Source: a bacterium (GTDB lineage: Bacteria; UBA8248). Taken from it: DNA of 64,000 bases. Location of the stretch: assembly GCA_963692865.2 (NCBI GenBank), contig OY843592.1, positions 1,856,001-1,920,000 of the forward strand, given 5' to 3'. This document shows positions 32,994 through 42,749 of the stretch, piece by piece (position 1 is the stretch's first letter; each line of letters begins with the position of its first letter). The translations under genes were made by a program, and so were the position numbers. The notes under the pieces were generated by a model. The model made no database searches. It saw only the letters and a list, made by a program, of their open reading frames with translations, and was not told the DNA's origin.

Positions 32994-34247
32994 TTACGTC
33001 GCGGCCACTTGCGGGACGCGAACCTCTTTTTCGTTGATGAAAGAGACGAGCACGGCCGCCTGGAAACAAAGGTAGGCCGCCAGCGCGAACGCGAGGTTGT
33101 AGCTTCCGGTGACGTCATAGATGTATCCGCTCAGCCAGGCGCTCAGGCCCGAGCCGAGCTGGTGGCTGAACGTGATGAGACCGAAGAGGATCGCCACGTT
33201 CCTGGAGCCGAAGAAATCCCCCGTCAGCGCCGAGGTGAGCGGTACGGTCGCAATCCAGGAGAGGCCGATGATCATCGGCGTGGCCCAGACGGTGAAATCG
33301 TTCTTGACGAAAATGAACAGGATGAAACCCAGCCCCCGGAAGGCGTAGATCAGGCTCAAGGGGAATTTACGGCCGATTTTGTCCGACAGGGGACCGACGG
33401 CCAGAACGCCCACGGTGTTCAGCCCGCCGCCCAGGGCGAACGACGTGGCCGCGACGGCTGCGGAAAATCCGACGTCGGTCGCGAACGGCACCCAGTGGAC
33501 GGAGACGACCGTTACGGTGAAGCCGCAGGTGAAAAAGCTCGTGAGCAGGAGAACGAACGGCATCTTGGGAAGGCACTGCACCCAGTGCACGTCGTAGGGG
33601 ACGACCATCTTGACGCCGTTGCCGGACGTGGACGCGCTCGGGGGGACGTCCCTGGAGGAGGGAGCGTTTTTGACGAGGAAGATCGATATGGGCATCAGGG
33701 TGAACACGAAAATGACGCCGATGACGAACGAGGTCATCCTCCAGTCCAGAAAGCCGATCATATAAGCGAAGACGGGAAGCAGTATGAGCTGGCCCATGCT
33801 CGAGCCCGCGCTGATGATGGACATGCCCAGGCCCCGCCTGTCCGGGAACCAGTTGGACACCAGGGGTGTGAAGGCAGTCACGCTGTTGCCGATTCCCCCC
33901 ATCCCCAGCAGGATGCCGAAGAACAGGTACACCCCCCACAGGGATTCGACCTGGTAGATTCCCAGCATGGCGATGGTCGTGAGCGCCGAGCCCCAGATGA
34001 TGACCGTTTTCGGGTCCCAGCGGCGCATCATCAGCCCGCCCAGCGGCTGGGACGCGCCGTAGAGAATCAGGCAAAGTGAGAAGGGGAGCGACAACGAGGC
34101 GCGGCTGATGTTGAAGTCCGCAATCATGGGTTTCAGGAAAAGACCGAATGAATTTCTGGTCGCAAGGCCGAGGAACATCATGAAGAAGCAGCCGGCCAGG
34201 ATGTACCAGCCGTAATATATCTTTTGGGGAGTGGAGTCTTGGTTCAC
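32994..34247 (-). CDS. MFS transporter (OFA/MCT-like)
   Basis: IYYGWYI start, about 12 hydrophobic segments, WFPDRRG, GPLSDKIGRK. Likely start is the GTG at 34247. Confidence 0.88.
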   Translation of the reverse strand: MNQDSTPQKIYYGWYILAGCFFMMFLGLATRNSFGLFLKPMIADFNISRASLSLPFSLCLILYGASQPLGGLMMRRWDPKTVIIWGSALTTIAMLGIYQVESLWGVYLFFGILLGMGGIGNSVTAFTPLVSNWFPDRRGLGMSIISAGSSMGQLILLPVFAYMIGFLDWRMTSFVIGVIFVFTLMPISIFLVKNAPSSRDVPPSASTSGNGVKMVVPYDVHWVQCLPKMPFVLLLTSFFTCGFTVTVVSVHWVPFATDVGFSAAVAATSFALGGGLNTVGVLAVGPLSDKIGRKFPLSLIYAFRGLGFILFIFVKNDFTVWATPMIIGLSWIATVPLTSALTGDFFGSRNVAILFGLITFSHQLGSGLSAWLSGYIYDVTGSYNLAFALAAYLCFQAAVLVSFINEKEVRVPQVAAT

Positions 34248-34404
34248 AGGCGCCTCGATAACCGCAGGGTGTGGGTGGTTTGCATTTGCGCGAGAGTTTA
34301 TAACATTCAAGGATGAAAGACACGCGCAACAGCGCATTTTCACACGGGCCTCCATGCTTTGCGGAATGCGCATGGATGCCGGCGAAAAGCGAGGAGGTTT
34401 CCCA

Positions 34405-35742
34405 TTGGAAGCGCCGAAATTCGTGGTTCCCCATCCCGGCCCTGAAACTCGCAAGGAACTTGAACGTCTCAGGAAGGCGGAAAGCCGCGCCGCCCTCAGC
34501 TTCGGGATGAGTCCGGAGACCGTCGTGGTCGAGCGCGCGCAAGGGGCGGTGATCGAGGATGTTGACGGCAATTTCTTCCTGGATTTCGTCGCCGGCTTCG
34601 GATCGCTCAACGCGGGGCACTGCCACCCCAGGGTCGTCTCGGCGTTGCGAAAACAGGCCGGAGAGGTGCACCAGGCCATGTCGCTGGGCTCCAGGGTGCG
34701 GAACGAGCTTTTCGATAAGGTTCTCTCCCTCCATTCCGGCGCGGCGCCCAAGAGTATGATTCTCGGCTCCTCGGGCAGCGAAGCGGCCGAGATCGCCCTC
34801 AAGATGGCCCGCCGGGCGACGGGGCGCGACGAGATTGTCGCCTTTACGGGCGCGTTCCACGGCAGAACTTTGGGGGCCGTGGCCCTGATGGGCAGAAAGA
34901 ACCAGAGGGAGGGGCTGGGGACGCTCGTTCCGGGAATTCACCACGTCCCGTATCCCTATCCCTACCGGAACCCCTTCGGCGACGGGCCGCAGACGTGCGC
35001 CGAGGGAACGATTCGCTACATCAACGAGTTTCTCGATAATCCGGTGAGCGGCTGGGGCGAGGTGGCGGCCGTCATCATCGAGCCGGTGCAGGGCAACGGC
35101 GGCATGATTCCGGCGCCGGTCGGATTCTTGAAGGCGCTTCGCGAGGTGTGCGACCGTCACGGGGTGCTGCTCATCATCGACGAGGTGATGAGCGGGTTTT
35201 GCCGCACGGGCCGGATGTTCGCCTACCAGTACGAGGATGTCGAACCCGACCTGGTCGTGATGGGAAAATCGATCTCGGGCGGGCTTCCTCTCGCCGCCTG
35301 CGTCGCGAAAAAAGAGATAGCCGACGCCTCGAACCCCGGCACCGAGAGCAGCACCTATGCGGGAAACGTGATGGCGTGCGCCGCGGGCCTCGCCTCCATC
35401 GAGGTGTACGAGGAGGAGAACCTCGCCGGGCGCTCCCTGGAGATGGGCGCCTATTTCCTGAGGAGGCTGGAGGAACTCTCGGAGCGCCATTCCATCGTCG
35501 GCGAGGTGCGCGGGCGCGGGCTGATGGTGGCGGTCGAGCTGGTTTCCGACCGGACGACGCGCGAGCCGATGAGCGTCGCGAAAAAAGCAAGCGACATGGC
35601 CTTGAAGAAAGGGTTGCTCATCTATCCGGGAGGACACCACGCGAACGTGCTGGCGTTTTTGCCGCCCCTGATCATCGACGAGGCCCAGGTCGATACGGCG
35701 GTCGGGATCGTCGATGAGGTGCTGCTCGAACTGGGTTCCTGA
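34405..35742 (+). CDS. Class III PLP aminotransferase (GabT-like)
   Basis: SGSEA, AFHGRT, IEPVQGNGG, DEVMSGFCRTG, MGKSISGG. TTG start after GAGGAGG. Confidence 0.9.
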   Translation: MEAPKFVVPHPGPETRKELERLRKAESRAALSFGMSPETVVVERAQGAVIEDVDGNFFLDFVAGFGSLNAGHCHPRVVSALRKQAGEVHQAMSLGSRVRNELFDKVLSLHSGAAPKSMILGSSGSEAAEIALKMARRATGRDEIVAFTGAFHGRTLGAVALMGRKNQREGLGTLVPGIHHVPYPYPYRNPFGDGPQTCAEGTIRYINEFLDNPVSGWGEVAAVIIEPVQGNGGMIPAPVGFLKALREVCDRHGVLLIIDEVMSGFCRTGRMFAYQYEDVEPDLVVMGKSISGGLPLAACVAKKEIADASNPGTESSTYAGNVMACAAGLASIEVYEEENLAGRSLEMGAYFLRRLEELSERHSIVGEVRGRGLMVAVELVSDRTTREPMSVAKKASDMALKKGLLIYPGGHHANVLAFLPPLIIDEAQVDTAVGIVDEVLLELGS

Positions 35743-35787
35743 CGGCCCGCCGTAGCGGGTGATGCCGACGCTCGCATTTGTGGTAAT

Positions 35788-37152
35788 ATGCGCTGGACGA
35801 CCCCGCCGCTTTTGAGGGACGAGATGCGCAGGAGATTCCGAAGAAAGGTCCATCTGGCGTTTTTGGGCTTCCTGGTGGCGCTCGGCGCGCTGCTGAGCCT
35901 CTACCACGCCGCCGCCTCGCAGAAGACGCCTCCCGTCCTGGTGCTGGACGTGGCGGACGCCATTTCGCCCGGCACGTCGGAATACATCGCGTTCGGCATA
36001 GAGGAGGCCGCCAGAAGGAAGGCGCAGCTTCTCGTCATCCGTCTCGACACCCCCGGCGGTCTGGTGACCAGCACGCGCGACATCGTGCAGGCGATTTTCG
36101 GCGCGGGCGTGCCCGTGGCGGTGTACGTCGCTCCGGGAGGGGCGCGGGCCGCATCCGCGGGCACGTTCATCACCATGTCGGCCCACATCGCCGCCATGGC
36201 GCCGGGCACCAACATCGGCGCGGCTTCTCCCGTATCGGGCGGGGGAAAGCAGATTCAGGGCGATATGCGCAAGAAGGCGATGAACGACGTGGCCGCTTTC
36301 GCGCGGGCGGTGGCTTCGCGCACCGGGCGCAACACCGAGTGGGCGGAGAGCGCGGTCCGCGAGGCGATATCTGTGGACGAGGCCGAAGCCCTGAAGCAAA
36401 AGGTCATCGACCTCGTGGCGGCGGACGTGCGGTCGCTTCTCCTGGCGGTCGACGGCAGGAAGATAAAACTCGCGAGCGGCGACGCCGTCACCCTCTCGAC
36501 GAAGGGCGCCCCGCAAATCGTTCTGGAGCGAAGCCTGCGCCAGAAGGTGCTCACCCTTCTGAGCGATCCCAACATCGCCTACATCCTGATGCTCCTGGGG
36601 ATGTACGGGCTGTTTTTCGAACTCTCGAATCCCGGCTCCATACTGCCCGGCGTGGTGGGGGCCATCAGCCTCCTTCTGGCGCTCTATGCTCTGAAAGTCC
36701 TGCCGGTGAACTACGTGGGGCTTCTCCTGATGGGGCTTGCCGTCATCATGTTTCTGCTTGAGATCAAGGTGGTCAGCTACGGGGGTCTGACCATCGGCGG
36801 AATCATCGCCATGACCATCGGTTCGGTCATGCTCATCGATTCTCCGGACCCCTACCTGCAGATCAGCCTGAAGGTGATCCTGCCCGCGGTCGCCGGAACG
36901 GCCATGTTCTTCGTCTGGCTCGTGGGCATGGGTTTTCGCGCCCAGCGGGTGCGGCCGGTTTCGGGTTCGGAGGGGATGCTCGACCAGTCCGGCGTCGTGA
37001 GCGCATTATCGGGGGAAGGGTCGCCGGCCCAGGTCCGGGTGCACGGCGAGATATGGCTGGCCGACTCCGGGGAACCCCTGGAAGTCGGCGACAAGGTCCG
37101 CGTGGTCTCGGTGGAGGGTCTCAGGCTCCACGTCGAGAAGGAGGGTGGATAA
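35788..37152 (+). CDS. nfeD: NfeD-type membrane-bound serine protease
   Basis: LDTPGG, AASAG, GAASPV, TM block, C-terminal VHGEIW OB-fold. Confidence 0.9.
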   Translation: MRWTTPPLLRDEMRRRFRRKVHLAFLGFLVALGALLSLYHAAASQKTPPVLVLDVADAISPGTSEYIAFGIEEAARRKAQLLVIRLDTPGGLVTSTRDIVQAIFGAGVPVAVYVAPGGARAASAGTFITMSAHIAAMAPGTNIGAASPVSGGGKQIQGDMRKKAMNDVAAFARAVASRTGRNTEWAESAVREAISVDEAEALKQKVIDLVAADVRSLLLAVDGRKIKLASGDAVTLSTKGAPQIVLERSLRQKVLTLLSDPNIAYILMLLGMYGLFFELSNPGSILPGVVGAISLLLALYALKVLPVNYVGLLLMGLAVIMFLLEIKVVSYGGLTIGGIIAMTIGSVMLIDSPDPYLQISLKVILPAVAGTAMFFVWLVGMGFRAQRVRPVSGSEGMLDQSGVVSALSGEGSPAQVRVHGEIWLADSGEPLEVGDKVRVVSVEGLRLHVEKEGG

Positions 37153-37944
37153 ATGAATCTGAGTTTGATCATCGCCGTCGTCATCGTCCTGCTGTTTCTG
37201 GCGAGCGCCATCCGCGTGCTGAACGAATACGAGCGCGGCGTCATCTTCCGGCTGGGGCGTTTCCATTCCACGAAGGGGCCGGGCCTCATCATCGTGCTGC
37301 CGGTGATCGACCGCATGACCCGCGTGGGTCTCAGGCTGGTGACGATGGACGTGCCGCCGCAGGATATCGTCACGAAAGACAACGTGTCGGTGAAGGTGAA
37401 CGCCGTGGTCTACTTCCGCGTGCTGACCCCTGAGCGCGCCGTCATCGAGGTGGAGGATTTCCTCTACGCCACGGGCCAGTTGAGCCAGACGACGCTCCGG
37501 AGCGTGCTGGGCCAGATGGAACTCGACGATCTGCTCTCAGAGCGCGAGAAGATCAACTCCCAGCTCCAGGAACTCCTCGACCACGCCACCGACCCCTGGG
37601 GCATCAAGGTCACCAACGTGGAGCTCAAGCACGTGGACCTTCCCGGCGAGATGCAGCGCGCCATCGCCCGCCAGGCCGAGGCCGAGCGCGAGCGCCGCGC
37701 CAAGGTCATCCACGCGGAGGGCGAATACCAGGCGAGCGAGCGGCTGGCCGAGGCCGCCGCCACCATCGCCACGGCGCCGGGCGCGCTCCAACTCCGCTTC
37801 TTGCAGACCCTCTCCGAAGTCGCCACCGAGAACAACTCCACCATCGTCTTCCCCCTGCCGCTCGACCTGCTCAAGCCCTTCGTGGACAAGGCGCCGGACG
37901 GGGGCGGCGCGCCCAAAGGCGAGATAGAAGCCGGCGGCGCGTAG
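37153..37944 (+). CDS. Stomatin/slipin (SPFH) protein
   Basis: [45 protein letters not shown]. Canonical partner of nfeD. Confidence 0.93.
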   Translation: MNLSLIIAVVIVLLFLASAIRVLNEYERGVIFRLGRFHSTKGPGLIIVLPVIDRMTRVGLRLVTMDVPPQDIVTKDNVSVKVNAVVYFRVLTPERAVIEVEDFLYATGQLSQTTLRSVLGQMELDDLLSEREKINSQLQELLDHATDPWGIKVTNVELKHVDLPGEMQRAIARQAEAERERRAKVIHAEGEYQASERLAEAAATIATAPGALQLRFLQTLSEVATENNSTIVFPLPLDLLKPFVDKAPDGGGAPKGEIEAGGA

Positions 37945-38225
37945 CGCGCAGATGCGGGCTGTTGCGGGGAAATGCGCGTAATCCCCAAAATTTTTTTTGC
38001 CGCCGTATCTGAATGCGGGACGCTAAGATTTATATAGTAACCCTTTTGATTACAGTCAGTTGCAAGAGATAAAATTTTCAGGAATTTATCCAAAAACCCC
38101 GTGAATTTATACGAATTTATACAAAATATCATTATTTTCATTTTCGCGCCGACATCGAATCCATCCGCGCCGCTCCTCTCCCGGCGAGAATTGAACCAGA
38201 ATAAGAAGAGCAGGCATACGCTTTT

Positions 38226-38830
38226 GTAGGGGCAGCTCGCGAGCTGCCCGTGTCCTTTTGGAGATGGATGGGTCGTTCCGGCAGTGTATGCAACAATCGC
38301 CGTCACCAGTCTTGCCCAAATACCCGATTCCATGAGAAAGCCCCCTCACCCGTCAGTCCAATACCGACCCATGCGGGAGAAACCGTTTTCCCGCGCCGCG
38401 CGCACAATATCGCAGTCCGGGATTTCAGGAGGAAGAGGAATTGCGAGGAAATGCGGATTTGTTGGGTTTTGTAGGGGCGGCTCGCGAGCCGCCCGCGCCT
38501 TTTTGAGGTTTTCCCGTATCGAGGGGCTTTTTCAACAGCCCCCTCAAGGGGGGAGTGATTTGGAATTCTCCTCGGTCGGGCGTCGGCGTAGCAGGACGAC
38601 CCCGGAGAGGGGTTGTCCCGCATATCATGCGGCCCGGCCTTTTCGCCTTCACAATACGGGTCGCATGATATGTCGGACATATATGTCTGACATACGGGTA
38701 AAACGTGGTTGATGCGAGAGGGACAGGTTTTTCAACAACCCCGATGAATGAGCGTTTGCGACCGAAGAGGGGGGAGTTTGCCGGTTTGTAAGGGCATGAA
38801 GCCTTCGTAGGGGCGGCTCGTGAGCCGCCC
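38226..38830. repeat. Cluster of GTAG-REP palindromes, two orphan MITE right ends and a CCCTCAAGGGGGGAGTG unit
   Basis: GTAGGGGC(A/G)GCTCG(C/T)GAGC(T/C)GCCC at 38226, 38471 and 38807. TTTTTCAACA(G/A)CCCC near 38528 and 38728. 38620-38692 is an inverted copy of 60648-60721. Confidence 0.8.
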
Positions 38831-38870
38831 GTAATCTCACAGGTCGCGACTCATGGAAACATCACAATGC

Positions 38871-39599
38871 TCACGAAACCTTATCGAGCGAACGGCGGAG
38901 GGTGGCGATCAACTCCCGGCGAAAACCCTCGTCGTCATCCCTCGACCAAGGAACGGTGGTGCAGTGGTTCGTGTCGAAGTGGGACCCTTCTCTTTCGAAC
39001 TTCTTCTTCTCGCAGATGTAGATGACGGGCTTGCCGAGGCCCTCCGCGTAGCCAGCTTCCCAATACGCTCCGTTGTTGTCGTGCGTGAGGTCGACGATGA
39101 CGAATCTCGCGTCCCTTATCTGGACGCGCATAATGTTGTCGATGACGCCCGCCCGGGGAACGTCGCGCATATCTAAAAGGTCGAATCCCGTCCCCTCCTT
39201 CACCACCGGTTTCAGGACACTCTCGACGAAGGCGTCGAGTTCAGCGTCGCCGAACTGCATGGCGAGAAAGCCATGGTTTCCATCGAAGCCCCCGTATTTT
39301 TCTGCCTCGTACTGCTCCCATCCGTCGAAAGTCAGATTAACATCTAAAAAAGCTTTTTGACTTCCAAGAGTAGGTAATTCATGTGAGATCTTGATGAGGC
39401 CGCGTTCACAGAATTCCTCAATGAGTGATGCAGCAAACTTTTCACTAGGAGAACCGATAGTTTTTTGGACACCGGCACCAGAAATCTGCCGAATTGGCAC
39501 ACCCGATTTAGAAACTTCATCCCCAATGAATCGAATGAGATTCATTGCCTGCGTTGCAGGGCTAGTGAATTCTTTCGTGGTTTTAGCACCATCGCTCAT
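38871..39599 (-). CDS. Nucleoside 2-deoxyribosyltransferase-like/TIR-related domain protein
   Basis: FLAMQF...IRDARFVIVDLTHDNNGAYWEAGYAEGLGKPVIYIC. AT-rich, winged-helix-like N-terminal half. Confidence 0.7.
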   Translation of the reverse strand: MSDGAKTTKEFTSPATQAMNLIRFIGDEVSKSGVPIRQISGAGVQKTIGSPSEKFAASLIEEFCERGLIKISHELPTLGSQKAFLDVNLTFDGWEQYEAEKYGGFDGNHGFLAMQFGDAELDAFVESVLKPVVKEGTGFDLLDMRDVPRAGVIDNIMRVQIRDARFVIVDLTHDNNGAYWEAGYAEGLGKPVIYICEKKKFEREGSHFDTNHCTTVPWSRDDDEGFRRELIATLRRSLDKVS

Positions 39600-39676
39600 C
39601 TTGTTTTCCTCATTTCAGATTCGGTTGACTATTGCTTGCCATTCCTAAATTTCATCTTCAACAGTCCCTCTCCCTT

Positions 39677-40402
39677 TCACCCTTCCCGCATCTTCACGAA
39701 AGCAATCGCGTGCGCGCTCAACGAAGCGGCGAAATTCCTGAAACCGATTTCCGGGTCAGGCTCGGAATAGCGGCCGCTCAGTCCCTCGTCTCTGTCCGAT
39801 AGGAGCAGACAGGCGGCGTCATACAACCTCTCCCGAAGCAGCCGTTCACAGAACACCTCATAGCGTCTGGCGTAAGATGCCTCTTTCAGTTCCTCGAATA
39901 CCTCAAAGTGGGGTTCCGATACCCGAACGGGATATCGTGAGCGATGCGCATCCTCCAAAAGCATGAGCCAGCCCATCCAAGGCTTTTGGGAGGGTTTGAA
40001 CGCCCCCTCACGATACGCGGCCAAGATATCAGTCGCGCTTCCCAGCGCCTCTTCGACCCGATTGTTGAAATTGTTTCCGAATGAAGGGCCGACGTGAGAT
40101 TTGAATTCGATGCTAGCGAGAAGCTGCCCGTCCACAACGACTACCAGGTCCCACTCTTTCGTGGGCCGGAAATAGCCGGGCAATGTAGTTTGCCGTGTGT
40201 GTATCGTATGCTTCGGGAGGCCCGCATCCTCCAGGATAGATGCGAGAAGGCGAATGAACCCGTCGAGTTGCGCGCCGCCGGTTACGGCGCTTCTGCCGCC
40301 TGTATCCTTGACGCCGGTCGTTGAACCTTGGCTCTCGCCTTGCCTCAACCGCGTCCGCCAGAAGTGCGCAACGGCGTCTGCGACTTTTTTCGAATAATCC
40401 AT
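39677..40402 (-). CDS. PaeR7I/XhoI-family type II restriction endonuclease
   Basis: AVAHFWRTR...DTGGRSAVTGG, LPGYFRPTKEWD, IEFKSHVGPSFGNNFNNRVEEALG, RERLYDAA. Confidence 0.88.
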   Translation of the reverse strand: MDYSKKVADAVAHFWRTRLRQGESQGSTTGVKDTGGRSAVTGGAQLDGFIRLLASILEDAGLPKHTIHTRQTTLPGYFRPTKEWDLVVVVDGQLLASIEFKSHVGPSFGNNFNNRVEEALGSATDILAAYREGAFKPSQKPWMGWLMLLEDAHRSRYPVRVSEPHFEVFEELKEASYARRYEVFCERLLRERLYDAACLLLSDRDEGLSGRYSEPDPEIGFRNFAASLSAHAIAFVKMREG

Positions 40403-40406
40403 TCTA

Positions 40407-41387
40407 TTATTGCTTCTGTAGTGATTCGGTGCCGATTTCAGCGCGGGACAACAGTGAATCTGTCGATTTCCGGATTCTTTTTTCGGCGAGAGTGAAGTAG
40501 TGCGGGTCGATTTCCACACCGATAGAATTTCTTCCCCACTTGGCGGCGGCAACCGTGGTCGTGCCCGTCCCCATGAACGGGTCCAGCACAACGTCGCCCG
40601 CGAAGCTGAACATTCTCACGAGGCGCTCAGCGACCTCCTCCGGGAAGGGGGCGGGATGATTTCGAGTGGATGCGCCCGTGACACCGGACCATATACAGCG
40701 AAACCACTCTTTGTGATTTTGGTCCGAAATGACGGAAAGAACACGGTTCACAACGGATGGCTTGCGGTATCCGCCAGGTTTGCGCTCCATCAGAATGAAC
40801 TCGATGTCGTTCTTGATAACTGCGTTCGGCTCATAAGGCTTGCCGAGAAACCCGCCGCCGTTTCCCGACGCCTCGAACGCGGCGTTCGCTATCTTGTACC
40901 AAATGATCGACGCGAGGTTGTCATAGCCTATACTGCGACAACGCTCTTGTATGGACGCATGAAGGGGAACGACCGTATGCCTTCCTTTGTTCCTTCGCCT
41001 GGAGAGGCAGACGTCTCCCACCACGCAAACTAGCCTTCCTCCGGGTACGAGGACGCGATAGCAATGCTTCCAGACCTTATCGAGTTCGTTCAAGAAGTTC
41101 TCATATTCTTCGATGTCGCCAAGTTGATCTTCATGGTCCCTATATTTTTTCAGCGTCCAATACGGCGGAGAAGTGACGACGAGATGGACTGTCTCATCGG
41201 GTATGAACGACAAATCACGGGAATCTCCCTCAAATAGCCGGTGCTTCGTGGGCAACTGCCGGAGCGCGTTCTCAATCTGCATCAGTAGCTGATGATCCTT
41301 GGCGATGCGAGGAATGTCCGTCTGCGGATTTTCCAGATCGCAAACGGCGTCGGGGAGAAAATCTGAATAATCCTGGTTCGCGCTCAT
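40407..41387 (-). CDS. Site-specific DNA methyltransferase, beta class (N4-C/N6-A)
   Basis: VTSPPYW, HPAPFP, DPFMGTGTT. Confidence 0.92.
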   Translation of the reverse strand: MSANQDYSDFLPDAVCDLENPQTDIPRIAKDHQLLMQIENALRQLPTKHRLFEGDSRDLSFIPDETVHLVVTSPPYWTLKKYRDHEDQLGDIEEYENFLNELDKVWKHCYRVLVPGGRLVCVVGDVCLSRRRNKGRHTVVPLHASIQERCRSIGYDNLASIIWYKIANAAFEASGNGGGFLGKPYEPNAVIKNDIEFILMERKPGGYRKPSVVNRVLSVISDQNHKEWFRCIWSGVTGASTRNHPAPFPEEVAERLVRMFSFAGDVVLDPFMGTGTTTVAAAKWGRNSIGVEIDPHYFTLAEKRIRKSTDSLLSRAEIGTESLQKQ

Positions 41388-41390
41388 AGG

Positions 41391-42380
41391 TTATGCTCTC
41401 GCCACCGCATAGGACAAATCTCGTGTCGCGCATGCTGGGCCGAGCGCCTTCGCTGGATGAAAGTTCAGCCATAGCGATTCCTGCCTTTGCCCCTTCGATG
41501 AATTGCACGTCTTGGCCGGCGCGTCGATTCTCACCCAATCGGCGAACAGCCTGTCGTAAAGCGCCGTCCTGTATCCCGATACGACGGCCCTGCCGCGAAT
41601 GGAATGCAGCAAACGGGCAAGTTCCGCGTGTTCCTCATCGGTCATCTCGTATCCGTAGGCGTTCGAGTCGTTGCGGCTTTCGTGAACGTAGGGGGGGTCG
41701 AGGTAAAACAGCGTGTCGTCCGTGTCGTAGCGTTCGATAAGCTCCAATGCGGGGACGTTCTCAATCTGCACCCGCAGAAGCCTTTGAACTATCTCGGGCA
41801 GCCCGTCGACCGCTCCCAGCCAGCGCGAAACCGCTCCGGCCATGCCCGCGCGGGAGGTGAGCACGCAATGGGCCCAGCGGCCCTCGCTGCTCGTCTGGGC
41901 CAGGCCGGTGCGTGTTTGTCTCGCCCTCACGTAGAACCTTCTCGCCCGTTCCAGGCTCGGCAGGCCGGGTTCCGGGCGGCACGCCTTGACGAGCTCTTCC
42001 CGTGAGAAAGGCGTGAGGCTGATCGCCCGGATCAACTCGTCCCCATGATCCCTCAGTATCTCGAAGAAATTGACAAGTTCGGAATCGAGGTCGTTGTACG
42101 TCTCCACCAGGGAAGGTTTGCGGTTGATGAGAATCGCCGCCGAGCCGCCGAACACGTCGCAAAAATGCGCGGCGTCCTGTGGCAGGTGCGGCAGAATGAA
42201 GTCGAGATGCGAGAATTTCCCACCGTACCAGCCGAAGGCGATCATCTTCTTCCGCCTCCGGCTCGCGTTCTTGACTATCCGCCTGCTGTTGATCGACCTC
42301 TGCATCTCGTGTCCTCTCGACCCGTTCGCTTCCGTCGATTCATTGGCGGACTCGATAGACGTTGTTTCGTCGCGTTTCAT
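41391..42380 (-). CDS. Dam/D12-class DNA adenine methyltransferase (alpha class)
   Basis: WYGGK, DVFGGSA, YNDLD, YLDPPY. True start may lie downstream of 42380. Confidence 0.9.
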   Translation of the reverse strand: MKRDETTSIESANESTEANGSRGHEMQRSINSRRIVKNASRRRKKMIAFGWYGGKFSHLDFILPHLPQDAAHFCDVFGGSAAILINRKPSLVETYNDLDSELVNFFEILRDHGDELIRAISLTPFSREELVKACRPEPGLPSLERARRFYVRARQTRTGLAQTSSEGRWAHCVLTSRAGMAGAVSRWLGAVDGLPEIVQRLLRVQIENVPALELIERYDTDDTLFYLDPPYVHESRNDSNAYGYEMTDEEHAELARLLHSIRGRAVVSGYRTALYDRLFADWVRIDAPAKTCNSSKGQRQESLWLNFHPAKALGPACATRDLSYAVARA

Positions 42381-42579
42381 TACGCTTCGGGGTCTCGTTC
42401 GGGCGTGGAATGATTCTGTATACCCATTCTAATGGGAGTTCGTCTTTCCGTCAAGAGCTTTCGTCAAATTATCGCCTGTTCAATCTTGTTACGCAAACAA
42501 CCTCACCCCCAGATACGCCTCCTTCCTTCTCAGGTCCTTCTCGTCGTGGCCGGCGAAGATGAGGTCGGGGCTGTTGGCC

Positions 42580-42640
42580 GGACACGGAGGTCCGCCCCTA
42601 CAAACCCCGGCAATCCCTCTCCTGGGCTGTTGAAAGACTT
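42580..42640. repeat. GTAG REP (reverse orientation) plus a degenerate MITE left end
   Basis: GGACACGGAGGTCCGCCCCTAC and GGGCTGTTGAAAGACT. Confidence 0.6.
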
Positions 42641-42749
42641 CTCAAAGGGGAGGTGCCGGCTCGGCCCGTATGATGTCTCCACGTCGCTCCGCTTAAGTGA
42701 AGCGGCTGCGGAGATTCCGATTGTTCCAACGGCTCCGCCGGTATGAAAC

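Noticed and set aside
33367-36516. 1049-aa minus-strand ORF, and similar long shadow ORFs at 57008-59422, 53781-55688 and 2739-3902
   Set aside because: They overlap well-supported genes antisense or off-frame, have low-complexity Arg/Gly/Pro-rich translations and no motifs. Typical high-GC artefacts.
35788-37944. nfeD-stomatin pair and kdsB-pyrG-kdsA order as novel systems
   Set aside because: Both are well-known conserved arrangements.
38226-38830. Repeated palindromes as a possible CRISPR array
   Set aside because: Spacing is irregular (245 and 336 bp), orientations are mixed across the window, and there are no cas genes. GTAG+hairpin fits REPs.
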